From Octopus vulgaris (Eukaryota): 64,000 nucleotides of DNA. The notes under the pieces are model-generated. The model worked only from the letters and a program-made list of their open reading frames with translations. It did not search any database and was not told the origin of the DNA. Positions 51,588 through 63,938 of the stretch are shown here, one piece after another (position 1 is the stretch's first letter; every line of letters starts with the position of its first letter). Where the stretch lies: assembly GCA_951406725.2 (NCBI GenBank), contig OX597818.1, positions 57,102,001 through 57,166,000 of the forward strand, given 5' to 3'. The translations under genes were made by a program, and so were the position numbers.

Positions 51588-53097
51588 CAATATAATATCA
51601 CAACCTATTTATTTCTTTGGTACACTAGTCTTCCTGTCACTTCAATGTTCTTTTATTGCTGATAGCATTAAAATTTATAGCAATCATTGTGCGGTGTATA
51701 AAAAAAAAACGTTCAAACAGTAAATAAAATTAGTTCGTGCGAGTGTATAAGATTAAATTTATATTCAAGTTATTTCTTTGAATTTTATTTTGATCGAATA
51801 TGCACAAATGTTTTTGTAAAAAAGTGTGTTTTACTACTAATAATCACAGAAAAAAAAGGGAAGACAAGAAACAAAGAAACACAGTCTCTTCGTTTTAATG
51901 GGAACATATTGAATTTATATTTTTGTTTCGTTGAAGTTTTTCTGAAAGAAATATTTATTTCCTTTGTTAGTTCCTTCATAATATATAACTTAGCATCGTT
52001 CCATACATGAATTTAACATTTTACTCTGAATTGACTGTCACCGAACGCAATTCGTTTTATTCTCTTCCAATGTCTGTATTTTGTTTCCTCAAATAATTTA
52101 GTTTATATTTAAATATAAAACTTTTCTAAATTGTTTTTGGTGATATTATTTGCTTGATATTATTTCCTTGATAGCATCGAAGCAAAATTTACACAGAATT
52201 GTTAAACAAGAAAGATGAGAAAATATAAACTGTGATGTTAGGAAAGAATATTTTGTACAAACCAGAAAGAGAAAACACGCTAGAATAGAAAATATGAGAG
52301 ACAGGAACTGACAAAATTTCCTTTAAATTAATCAAAGGATTATGAAATAAATGACAGGATATTATTACCGAGTGGAGAGATATTTATGGATGATAATGTA
52401 TTACAAGTAATCAGTGGAGAAATATTTATGGATGATAATGTATTACAAGTAATCAGTGGAGAATGTTAAACGTTCACTGATGAAAATTTATGATAGGGTT
52501 CAGTTTCTTTTATTGTATTTGTTAGTTTGGTTAGAAGGAACTGATTGTGGCTATGGTCTTTGCAGTGCCTCCAAGGCTAATGGTAGCCACTCAGTTAACA
52601 TTACCCAGTAACAGTAGAAAATCATCGCTGCAGGAGAAAGCTGGGTGGAATGATTAATGTAGGACTTGATTAGGTGGACATAATATAGGTAAGGCTAGGA
52701 GTGCAGTAAATTGCTCGGTAGTATCTGAAAAGATGTGGCACGAATCCGAGAAGCTACAAGGAGCAGAGATCACTGTTGTAGTGTTAGAATAGGCAGAGTG
52801 GGAGAGAGAGAGAAAAGAAAAGGCAAAATACGTGTGAAGACTAGAACTTGTGACTTTACTGGGTTTAAAACATTCTGATGAGGTTTTATATTCCTGTTAT
52901 CATGTGTTATATTAGGGTGTTATCGATAGTTTCCTGTAGTGTAAAAAATCTGTTACCCTGGAAATGGTATAAAAGTGTGTTTGCAAGAGAGAAAGAAGGA
53001 GAGAGAGAAAATGAAAGAGAGATTCAAACGATGTTACTAGCACTTGCACACATACACGTACTCACACACGTGTATGATGGCAATTAATTGTGTGTAT

Positions 53098-53128
<31 letters not shown>

Positions 53129-53520
53129 CAGGTGCCTGTGTGTATGAGGTGGCGTATGACGAACGACAAACTGAAGCTAATGAGAAAAAAATTAAGATTT
53201 GTTGATTAAGAACGAAGGTAAAATATGAACGATGATATGTAAGACTATTTGCGCAAACGAGAATGAGAAAGGTTAGAAAACAAAAAAAAAAAAAGAAGAG
53301 AAAAGAGGTTATTCAGAAGATTAAGGAGGAAGTAACAGAATATTATTATAGTAGTGGGGTTGTTTATGGCTGACATTGTACCGCAAAATATCCATGGAAT
53401 TGCAACAGGTACTGCTTATCTATATAACTTCAGATTAAGAGATGTATATAGATTTAAGATGAATAATATAAGTTTGGTAACACTTAGCTCCTCTGGTGCT
53501 GTATTGCTTCAGAAATCCAA

Positions 53521-53752
53521 GGCGGCGATCTGGCAGAAACGTTAGCACGCCGGGCGAAATGCGTAGCCGTATTTTGTCTGCCGCTACGTTCTTAATTCAA
53601 ATTCCGCCACGGTCGACTTTGCCTTTCATCCTTTCGGGGTCGATTAAATAAGTACCAGTTGCGCACTGGAGTCGATGTAATCGACTTAATCCGTTTGTCT
53701 GTCCTTGTTTGTCCTCTCTGTGTTCAGCCCCTTGTGGGCAGTAAAAAAATAG
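53521..53752 (+). mobile_element. SINE family A
   Basis: Full match, followed by GGTATTTC. Confidence 0.9.
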
Positions 53753-53919
53753 GTATTTCTTCGGAATCTTTAAACTACGTTTGTCTTTTTTTCTAACTTA
53801 TAATCACTAGTATTCCAAATTAAAGATTTACTGATTTAATCCTGTACTGTCATCCTCAATGATGGCTTAAAAAGATTATGTTCACCTTCTCTCTTAGATC
53901 TTTTTTTCTTTTTCTTTTT

Positions 53920-54324
53920 TTTCTTTTTACTTGTTTCAGTCATTTGACTGCGGCCATGCTGGAGCACCGCCTTTAGTCGAGCAAATCGACCCCGGGACTT
54001 ATTCTTTGTAAGCTCAGTACTTATTCTATCGTTCTCTTTTGCCGAACCGCTAAGTGACTGGGACGTAAACACACTAGCATCGGTTGTCAAGCAATGCTAG
54101 CGGGACAAACACAGACACACAAACATACACACACACACACATATATATATATACATATATACGACAGGCTTCTTTCAGTTTCCGTCTACCAAATCCACTC
54201 ACAAGGCTTTGGTCGGCCCGCGGCTATAGCAGAAGACACTTGCCCAAGATGCCACGCAGTGGGACTGAACCCGGAACAATGTGGTTGGTTAGCAAGCTAC
54301 TTACCACACAGCTACTCCTGCGCC
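53920..54324 (-). mobile_element. SINE family B
   Basis: Reverse match. Confidence 0.9.
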
Positions 54325-55712
54325 TATTTATATATAAATAAAAAAAACAATAACTATTTTTAAATTCAGTTACGTTTACAGTAAGTTTGAACTTGTGATC
54401 ATACGACTAGCTCTCAGTTTAACTTCTGAACTAATACCTTAAAGCAAATTGATTGCTGAGATAAACAAAATGATTTGTCCATCTAACCTATAGCAAACTA
54501 TCTTCTCAACACGATCTCTATAAAGGTGTCTTTCTTTCAATTATGTCAGTGTTTGTCTACTAAGATTGTCTCATTAGCAACAATATCAACATTTCATTAA
54601 AATATCTCAATCCAAATATTTACTTGTTTACAACGTAGTTATCGTAAACTATTTTAATTAAAAGCATTTGTTTTAACAAACTGCGAAAATGTTAATGTAA
54701 ATATTATTTGTTATCGTAGCCAACAATTTCAGACTCAAGGTAGGGCAACGTTTCGTTTCGTTATATTTCGTAATGCTTCGTTATTTCAAACATTAATAGT
54801 CTAGCAAATATTACTTTGTGGCTGACGAATTATCTGTGAAATAAGAGATATTCTTTTTGAGAAGATGTAGTTGCATTTTAATGTGGAGAGAACCCATCAC
54901 CATACCCCACCCACCGCCGAAAAATTATAGTTTCTGGTTCGGGCACAAGAACAACAATTTTGAGTTGGGACATGTTATTTCATTACCTGGTATCATATTT
55001 TATCGAAACCGAAAGGTAAAGTTGATCCTCGTGGGTTTTGAACAGAATCAGAACAAATACCACAAAGCATTTTTAATACTGGTTTCAAAGGCCAGAAGTT
55101 TTGGAGAAAGGATTAAATCGATTAGATCGACCCCAATACCCAGCTGATCCTTATTTTATTGACCCCGAAAGGATGAAAGGTAAAGTCGACCCTGGTGGAA
55201 TTTGAACTCATGTAATGACTAATATTCTCTGATATTTGATTTCATATATTCAAGATGACAATATGCGAATTAATCGACCATTATCTGGCGTTGATATTGT
55301 TGCTAATGACGAAAACTTTGTATTCAAATACCGATATAATTAGAAGACAAGTTGAACATGTTCGGAAAATAGCTTTTGATTGGTCAGACGGAGAAATAAT
55401 TTTGATTGTCGCAGCTGTGAGTTTGCTTTAGGCTAATAAAATACAATAATTTCAAAGTCAAGAACTGATCGCAAGCATGTTCGTGGTTTTAATAAAAAGT
55501 GAACTGCTTATCCATAGATCTGAAGGAGGTGCACATAGTCTTTTTAGGTTACCCTTGAGGATAACATAACAGGATTAAATAGCAATTATTAGTTAGAAGT
55601 ACTGGGGATAGTAAGTTAGAAGGAAGACATAGTTATCAGAAAAGCCATTTCTATCCATTTTTCAAATATAAATACTGTGCCAAGGACTTTCTATTCTTTA
55701 TTCTACCCCCCC

Positions 55713-55782
<70 letters not shown>

Positions 55783-55984
55783 CGGAGTCTGGATAGATTC
55801 CTTCAAAGAATACCAGATAAGCCACCCATAATTGGATACAACTCACCCAGCAAGAACTCACTACTTGAATGGACCATAAACAAAACTTGACTTAAACAGG
55901 ATTCGAATAATCCTATCAGGTGGTGCTATTAAGTTAGACATGGTCTGGACCAATCTTTGGTCGAAACATATCTAAGTTTATCTA

Positions 55985-55988
<4 letters not shown>
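55783..55988 (+). mobile_element. 3' end of a CR1/L2-type LINE within (TA)n
   Basis: 55783-55890 reads RSLDRFLQRIPDKPPIIGYNSPSKNSLLEW..*, a typical ORF2 C-terminus. Short 3' UTR ending (ATCTAAGTTT)2. Confidence 0.7.
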
Positions 55989-56016
<28 letters not shown>

Positions 56017-56549
56017 CGTGTGTGTGTTTGTCTCCGCTTGATAACCGGGGTAGTTATGCTTACGTCTCCGCAACTTAGCAGTTCAGCAATAGAGGTGGAT
56101 GAAATAAGTACCAGACTATAAAAAAAAATAATAATCAAGTACTGGGGTTGATTCGTTCGACTAAAATTCTTCAAGGTCGTGCCCCAGCATGGCTGCAGTC
56201 CAATGATTGAAACGAGCGAAAGCTAACAACAAAATATTTTAACAAAACAGAGAACAAAAAAAATAAAACAAAACAAAAAGCATTAAAATGCGAAGACAAA
56301 AACTCGAATGTAAATAACCATTATCATTTTCCTGGCTAGAGGATAAAAAATATGTAGAAAATGTAGATATATTTTAACAGACAGGCATTAATTGTCATTT
56401 GATTAAATTATTTCCTAACAGGTAGTTAAATGAATGTTCCAGAATTGTACTTTTCTCCCAGATGGCGCCACATTCACCATTCTATTGTATTATTTTTTGT
56501 TTACAAATCTATCTATCTATCATATATATATATATATATATATATGTAT

Positions 56550-56596
<47 letters not shown>

Positions 56597-56731
56597 AAAG
56601 ATAGATTGATAGCCACGGAAACATTATTCATGAAAATCCAAATAATTTCTTTTACGAAATACAATTTGAGAGTTAATCAAGTCAGTCAGTCTAGCCAGGA
56701 TGTTATACACAATTTTAAGCTGAGATATTAA

Positions 56732-56792
<61 letters not shown>

Positions 56793-56857
56793 AAACAAAC
56801 CTATCTTTTTTTCTACCTTTTCTTCATTGTCTCTCTCTATATGTGTTTGTCCATGTT

Positions 56858-56894
<37 letters not shown>

Positions 56895-57069
56895 CACACA
56901 TATATATATATATATATTATGTATGTATATGTACGTATGTATATGTATGTATATGTATATATATATATGTACGTATGTATATGTATGTATATATATGTAT
57001 GTATGTGTATATATATATATATATGTATATATATGTGTGTATATATATATGTATATATGTATATGTGTT

Positions 57070-57120
<51 letters not shown>

Positions 57121-57165
57121 GGAGAAATAGATAGATACACATATGTATACAAATCTATGTATATA

Positions 57166-57326
57166 GGCGCAGGAGTAGCTGTGTGGTAAGAAGCTTGCTT
57201 CCCAACCACATGGTTCCGGGTTCAGTCCCACTGCGTGGCACTTTGGGCAAGTGTCTTCTACTATAGCTTTGGGCTGACCAAAGCCTTGTGGATGGATTTA
57301 GTAGACAGAAACTGAAAGAAGCCCGT

Positions 57327-57369
<43 letters not shown>

Positions 57370-57600
57370 GTGTGTATGTGTGTGTGTTTGTGCGTCTGTG
57401 TTTGTCCTCCCAGTATCGCTTGACAACCGATACTGGCGTGTTTACGTCTCCGTAACATAGCAGTTCGGGAAAATAGAGCGATAGAATGAGTACTCGACTT
57501 AGAAAGAATAGAATAAGTCGTGGTGTCGATTTGCTCGACTAAGGGCGGTGCTCCAGCATGCCCGCTGTCAAATGACCAAGACAATAAAAGTATAAAAGAA
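57166..57600 (+). mobile_element. SINE family B
   Basis: Full-length match. Confidence 0.88.
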
Positions 57601-57936
57601 TATATATACATATATGTAAATATACAGGCACGCACACTCACACACATATATAATATACGCATCTATACCTCTAGTAAAATAGACAAAATGTGTCGTATAA
57701 ACTTGCTGTTGGGTGTAGAACTTGATTCAGACTGAGTCCTTCCTCAGTTTTTGTCTGAAGGACTTTGTCCGAAAAGTTGGGTTTCCCACTCCCTACAGCG
57801 GATTCACTGTACTTTTCTTTGTCTCTTTTCAGTCCTGCTAGGTTAAGACATTACACTCTTCTCCACAGATGAAGCAACGATCGGAGTGTTCAGGGAGTGT
57901 ATCACCCGCGCTAACATATGCCTTCATCTCATGAAT

Positions 57937-58521
57937 GCGGCGAGCTGGCAGAAACGTTAGCACGCCGGGCGAAATGCTTAGCGGTATTTCGTCTGAGTTC
58001 AAATTCCGCCGAGGTCGACTTTGCCTTTCATCCTTTCGGGGTCGATAAATTAAGTACCAGTTACGCACTGGGGTCGATGTAATCGACTTAATCCCTTTGT
58101 CTGTCCTTGTTTGTCCCCTCTATGTTTAGCCCCTTGTGGGTAGTAAAGAAATAGGTATTTCGTCTGTCTTTACGTTCTGAGTTCAAATTCCGCCGAGGTC
58201 GACTTTGCCTTTCATCCTTTCGGGGTCGATAAATTAAGTACCAGTTACGCACTGGGGTCGATGTAATCGACTTAATCCCTTTGTCTGTCCTTGTTTGTCC
58301 CCTCTATGTTTAGCCCCTTGTGGGTAGTAAAGAAATAGGTATTTCGTCTGTCTTTACGTTCTGAGTTAAAATTCCGCCGAGGTCGACTTTGCCTTTCATC
58401 CTTTCGGGGTCGATAAATTAAGTACCAGATACGCACTGGGGTCGATGTAATCGACTTAATCCCTTTGTCTGTCCTTGTTTGTCTTCTCTGTATATAGCCC
58501 CTTGTACGTAGTAAAGAAATA
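57937..58521 (+). mobile_element. SINE family A, trimer (184-bp units)
   Basis: Junctions at 58154 and 58338. TSD ATAT(G/A)CCTT(C/T)ATCTCAT at 57916-57932 and 58522-58538. Confidence 0.92.
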
Positions 58522-58853
58522 ATATACCTTTATCTCATTATGAGACTCTTCAGTGACTGTTCTGCCATTCTCGGTTACAGCCATCCATAACATGCGACAC
58601 ATACAAAAGGTGTTAATCGGGATGTTAAAATTCAAGCGTTGTCTAATGCTTCTTAAAGTGAGGAAAGATCTTGCGGTCTTGTGCAGGACCAACCCTACTT
58701 TCTAAACAATGTATGTATTTGCCTGCAAAGAAGAACTAAGCTCCATCACTGGACACAAATGAAGTTCCAGATATTTTGTCTCAGTTTTCATTTGTCTAAA
58801 TAGATGTCTAAACAAGGTTTAGGGTCTCTCACTCCCGGAATTTTGATGACCGT

Positions 58854-58877
58854 TGTTTCCATTACTTTGTCCAACCC

Positions 58878-58880
<3 letters not shown>
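58854..58880 (-). mobile_element. Possible Tc1-like TIR fragment
   Basis: Reverse strand TA-CATGGGTTGGACAAAGTAATGGAAACA. No partner TIR seen. Confidence 0.35.
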
Positions 58881-58945
<65 letters not shown>

Positions 58946-58951
<6 letters not shown>

Positions 58952-59456
58952 TTGTTATCGCCATATTAATATGGCATTCTTATAGATATAAGAATAATCG
59001 CTGCCGCTGGTCAGCTCCATGAGGCCACCGCCATCAAGATAGCTATTGATACACGATCTGTATCCATTATAACCTTCGAAGAAGGGAGGTCAGCCGCTTC
59101 ACACTGCCAGTCCGACAGCTACAGACGCGTTTCGGGGTATTGCCCCTTGTCAATGTAGCGCGGTCAGACCCGCAGGTGTCGCCACTGACGTCTCTGTTCG
59201 AAGGTTTCTATTTACCTAGTTTCAGTGGAATACATCCACTTGGTTTCAATAATAGAAATATTAAAATTACTAAGTCTCTATAAAAGAGATTACGGCAGCG
59301 TTTACTGGAAATTAATTGATGGCTGTGGCCTCATGGAGCTGACCAGCGGCAGCGATTATTCTTATATCTATAAGAATGCCATATTAATATGGCGATAACA
59401 ATTAATTTCCAGTAAACGCTGCCGTAATCTCTTTTATAGAGACTTAGTAATTTTAA

Positions 59457-59465
<9 letters not shown>
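58946..59465. mobile_element. Penelope/retrozyme-like non-coding insert in (TA)n with A-B-C-A'-C' structure
   Basis: A 58946-59037 pairs with A' 59316-59407, and C 59252-59317 with C' 59400-59465. A hammerhead lies in B. Confidence 0.75.
59118..59159 (-). ncRNA. Minimal type I hammerhead ribozyme (U3-A8 variant)
   Basis: Minus strand GCTACA-TTGACAA-GGGG(CAATA)CCCC-GAAA-CGCG-TC-TGTAGC: perfect stems I and II, palindromic stem III, GUC site. Confidence 0.75.
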
Positions 59466-59525
<60 letters not shown>

Positions 59526-59747
59526 CGAGGGGTGCTGAAAAGTTCCTGGCTTTCAGAGTTTCATGAAAGGCCTAGTTGGAGGCCCAAACATCTGAGTTCT
59601 CTTTACAGGGCTTAGAAAAACTGAAGGACCACTTCATTAAGTGTGTGACTCTCAGAGGGGGAATACGTTGAATAAATTCATAATTAACTTATCCTCCTGT
59701 TTTTTTCTTTTACTCAAAGCCAGCAACTTTTCAGCCTCACCCCGTCG
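59526..59747. mobile_element. mariner-type MITE
   Basis: TA|CGAGGGGTGCTGAAAAGTTCCTGGCTTT...AAAGCCAGCAACTTTTCAGC..CCCGTCG|TA. Confidence 0.85.
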
Positions 59748-60806
59748 TATTCCAATTGTTTATTCTTATAATGACATTTTAGGGTTGGTGTGAGAGGCCA
59801 GAGCCGGCCTGTTTGACAATTAAACAAGTAGAAAATTTGGATTAGATTTGGCCAGTATCAGTGCTAAAGTGTTAATTGAACTTAAATTTATTTTTACCTA
59901 TGTTCTCAATTTCTGTTTGCTATATACAAAAGTACAATCATCAGTTGGAAAAGTTTTTTTTTTACCTGGTATTTAAGTATAAGAAATTAGGTTTGTAGGA
60001 GATATTTTAAGGTGTGAGAAAACTGGGAAACAGAACAAAAAAAAAACATGATGCTTTGCTTTGATGTGCAAATGTCACAAAGAAATTATAGCAGCTATCA
60101 GTAAGACTTCCAAATGCGGTAACACTAATTACATCTTATCTACACACACATTCACACACATTCACACACACACACACACACACTCACATTCACACACGCA
60201 CATACACACAGAAGTAAGCATTTAAATATACACATACCTATATGTATATATACATATGCGAGCATTCATATGCAAATACACTTACATATACATGCATATA
60301 CACACATATATATGTACACATATGCTTACATATACACACATGCATATACATGTACACAGATGTCTTTGTATACGTATATGCAATTTATATATACACACAC
60401 ATACATACCGCTTGTACTGATAAGTGCTTTTTAAGTTTATAAATATTACTTCACGTTTGACGCTTTCGCTTCAATCCTCACAACAAATTTTTTATTCCTT
60501 ATTTTTTGTTTCTTTTAATATAAATGTGTGTGTGTGTGTGTGTGTGTGGATGGAGGCGACGTTTGTCTGTCTGGTTCCGCCTGGTATGTTAGTTTTGTTC
60601 ATTCATGATATATTTTGAATTCATTTCACTGAACAGCAAGAAACGTAGATAATACGTTAATTGCGAAATCACAGGTGATCTGGAACTAAATTCTGTTTTT
60701 AAATGTCTTGCTTCGAGAGCTGCATTCGGTACGATTTGTTTATTTTTGGTAGTTATGACTTTAAAAGTCCCTCCTAGCGTGTGGCATTTATGTGTAATAA
60801 TGCCTC

Positions 60807-60852
<46 letters not shown>

Positions 60853-61097
60853 GAAATATGTTACGAAAAGAAAAATATAAAATACACGTGGAAATGTAAG
60901 GGTAAAATATGAAAAATCAACGAAAATGCATATTGCAAATAGAAAAAGGCTATTTATGACAGGTAGCAACAAATATATACATTTAGATTGACTGAGGTAG
61001 TAATACGAGTCATAAAAGTCATTATTATGAGATGATTATAAGATGATGATAAAGTAAGAGAACAAAACGAACCAATGAATTACGCAAACTATTCATC

Positions 61098-61141
<44 letters not shown>

Positions 61142-61152
61142 CATGTATATGT

Positions 61153-61492
61153 GAAGGTGCATGGATCAGTGGTTAGAGCGTCGAGCTTACGATCGTGTGG
61201 TTGTGAGTTCGATACCCGGACTGGACCGGGCAGCGTGTTGTCTTCTTGAGCAAGACACTTTATTTCATGTTGCTCAAGTTCACTCAGCTGTAGAAATGAG
61301 CTGTGACGTCAATAGTGCCAAGCTGTATCGGCCCCTTTGCCTTTCCCTTGGATAGCATTGATGGCGTGGAGAGGGGAGGCCAGTATGCATGGGCAACTGC
61401 TGGTCTTCCATAAACAACCTTGGCCGGGCTTTTCCCGGTGAGGGTAACTTTCTAGATGCAATTCCATGGTTATTCATGACCGAAGGGGGTCT
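61153..61492 (+). mobile_element. SINE family C/D with a further tail type
   Basis: tRNA head (CAGTGGTTAGAGC...GTTCGATACCC) and TCTTGAGCAAGACACTT domain. Flanked by (TA)n. Confidence 0.78.
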
Positions 61493-61590
61493 CCCATACA
61501 TGTATATATATAATATAATATATATAGATATAATATACATACATACATATATGTAATATATATATAATATACATATATATATATGTATAT

Positions 61591-61625
<35 letters not shown>

Positions 61626-61719
61626 GTATAATAATATACAAATGGAAAATCCTAGAAGGGCTAACACCTAACTTTGGCATTAAGTATTTATACAAATGCT
61701 AAAACTAGCCACCAGAGTG

Positions 61720-61908
61720 AACAAACAAGGACAGACAGAGGGATTAAGTCGATTATATCGACCCCAGTGCATAACTGGTACTTATTTAATCGACCCCGAA
61801 AGGATGAAAGGCAAAGTCAACCTCGGCGGAATTTGAACTCAGAACGTAGCGGCAGACGAAATACTGCTAAGCATTTCGCCCGGCGTGCTAACGTTTCTGT
61901 CGGCTCGC
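61720..61908 (-). mobile_element. SINE family A
   Basis: Reverse match. Confidence 0.85.
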
Positions 61909-62291
61909 CATCCACTCCGTCTAAATTCAGGACCAGGTACTGCAATAGCCTAGGGTCCAAAGTCTATGCAGTAGAAATACGTGTTGCGCTGAGATTTAAA
62001 GTGAGTGTATGGTATATAATACTGTAATAAAGAAGTGTTTGAGGATGTATAATAATACTCCGTTCCTATTTATAATAATGTATTGAATACACACTCTGTA
62101 TACTGTGTAAAATCCAAAGAAGTGATTCAGGATTTATCTATCGGGTGAAATACTGTCTTATTCGTTTACTTCAAGCAATTTTCCGTTGTTGCATGTCATT
62201 CGATGAGGTTAGCCAGAACTTGGATTACGCTAGAGAGCTTGTTAGATTCTTGCTCGAATTCAAAATTCCATTCCTATTCCTTTACGTTATA

Positions 62292-62821
62292 CAGGGTGTC
62301 CAAAAAGCCTCTCAGCAGTAAGTATTTTATTACAAAATAAATATTTACAAGATGGTATAAGACTACAAAAGAATATACTAGACTTTACAAGACTTTAAAA
62401 AACTTTATAAGTGGTGTTGAAATTTAATTTCTATTTTACTGCTTTGTGAGCACTTCCTGGGCTGCTTTCCGTTTCCCGTGACAATTTGCGTAAGGACTTT
62501 GACGGACTTACCAACAGTTTATCAGAAATATTGGAGAGTGTTTCGTCTGAAAGAACAGTAGGCTTACTGCTTCTTGCTGCGTCTTCCTCTGAGCCTGTGT
62601 TTCTAAATTTTCTTATCAAATCCCTGCACAGTGTCACGATGACGAACAAGCAGCATTTGGGAAAGTTTCACTGAATTTCTGTTTCACATTATCTGTGTAT
62701 TTGTTTCCTGCTCGAAACACCCATTCAACTAAAAACGTACGTTCTTCAATGGTTAGCGTGTCGACACGCTGAAGGGTACACAATGACTGAGGGACTGCGG
62801 AGAGACTTTTTGAACACCCTG
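62292..62821 (-). mobile_element. Internally deleted Tc1/mariner element (CAGGGTG TIRs, rosa/maT-like N-terminal HTH)
   Basis: 28-bp TIRs CAGGGTGT(C/T)CAAAAAG(C/T)CTCTC.GCAGT. Minus-strand peptides LTIEERTFLVEWVFR and LIRKFRNTGS..DAARS..SPSKSLRKLS. Confidence 0.82.
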
Positions 62822-62824
62822 CAT

Positions 62825-63124
62825 AAGACGGACTCATTCGTCGAAGATGACGTGTGAACATTCAGCTTTTTACCGAACGACCTGCACGAATAATTCGTTT
62901 ATAGTGATCAAATGCCCATGCCGCACTTTAGCTCACTTTTTCTATCAAATCGACTTCGTCTGAATGGCTGCACGGTGTGCCACGCGTCAGGTGTGAGGTG
63001 ATCGTAGAGCGACGTCAAATGAAATGTTTTGCTCAAAAACACAACGCCCCATTCCGTCTGGGAATTGAAATCACGATCTTGCGATTGTGAGTGCAACACC
63101 CTGACCACTACGCCACGCGCCCTC
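62825..63124 (-). mobile_element. SINE family C/D, diverged
   Basis: Reverse tRNA head GAGGGCGCGTGGCGTAGTGGTCAGGG. Confidence 0.7.
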
Positions 63125-63199
63125 ACACATTATATACAGGGTGTGGCAGAAGTAACGCCCTTTTTTGCCTTTAATGACTTTTAGAGTATATAAATGTTT

Positions 63200-63424
63200 A
63201 CTCTTTTTTTTTACTCTTTTACTCTTTTACTTGTTTCAGTCATTTGACTGTGGCCATGCTGGAGCACTGCCTTTAGTCGAACAAATTGTCCCCAAGACTT
63301 ATTCTTTGTAAGCCTAGTACTTATTCTATCGGTCTGTTTTGCCGAACCGCTAAGTTACGGGGACATAAACACACCAGCATCAGTTGTTAAGCGACGTTGG
63401 GGGAACAAATACAGACACACACAT

Positions 63425-63461
<37 letters not shown>

Positions 63462-63632
63462 CATATATACGATGGGCTTCTCTCAGTTTCCGTCTACCAA
63501 ATCCATTCACAAGGCTTTGGTAGGCCCTAGGCTATAGTAGAAGACACTTGCCCAAGGTGCCACGTTGTGGGACTGAACCCGGAACTATGAGGTTCGTAAG
63601 CAACCTACTTACCACACATCCACTGCCGCGCC
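63200..63632 (-). mobile_element. SINE family B
   Basis: Reverse match. Confidence 0.88.
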
Positions 63633-63744
63633 TACTAATTTATTAATTTTTTTATTGAACACAAATTTATTGGATTACTTAAAGGAACGAATAATAAACT
63701 AACAAAAAAAATCGCAGAAGTTTTAGGAAATTTATGAAGTATTC

Positions 63745-63938
63745 TTCTCTACTCTACGCACAAGGCCCGAAATTTTTCATGAGGGGGCCAGTCGATTAGA
63801 TGGACCACAGTAAGCAACTGGTACCTAATTTACTGATCCCAAAAGAAGGAAAGCAAAGTCGACCTCGACGGAATTTGAACTCACAACGTAAAGACAGACG
63901 AAACACCGCTAAGCATTCTTGTCTACTCTAGGCACAAG
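63745..63938 (-). mobile_element. SINE family A, alternative tail
   Basis: Matches the 39399-39828 type. Confidence 0.75.

Noticed and set aside
52371-52463. 42-bp in-frame tandem duplication (SGEIFMDDNVLQVI x2)
   Set aside because: Surrounding frames contain stops and no recognisable protein. Treated as a simple duplication.
56455-56468. CTCF-like motif CTCCCAGATGGCGC
   Set aside because: A single partial match that cannot be supported without chromatin data.
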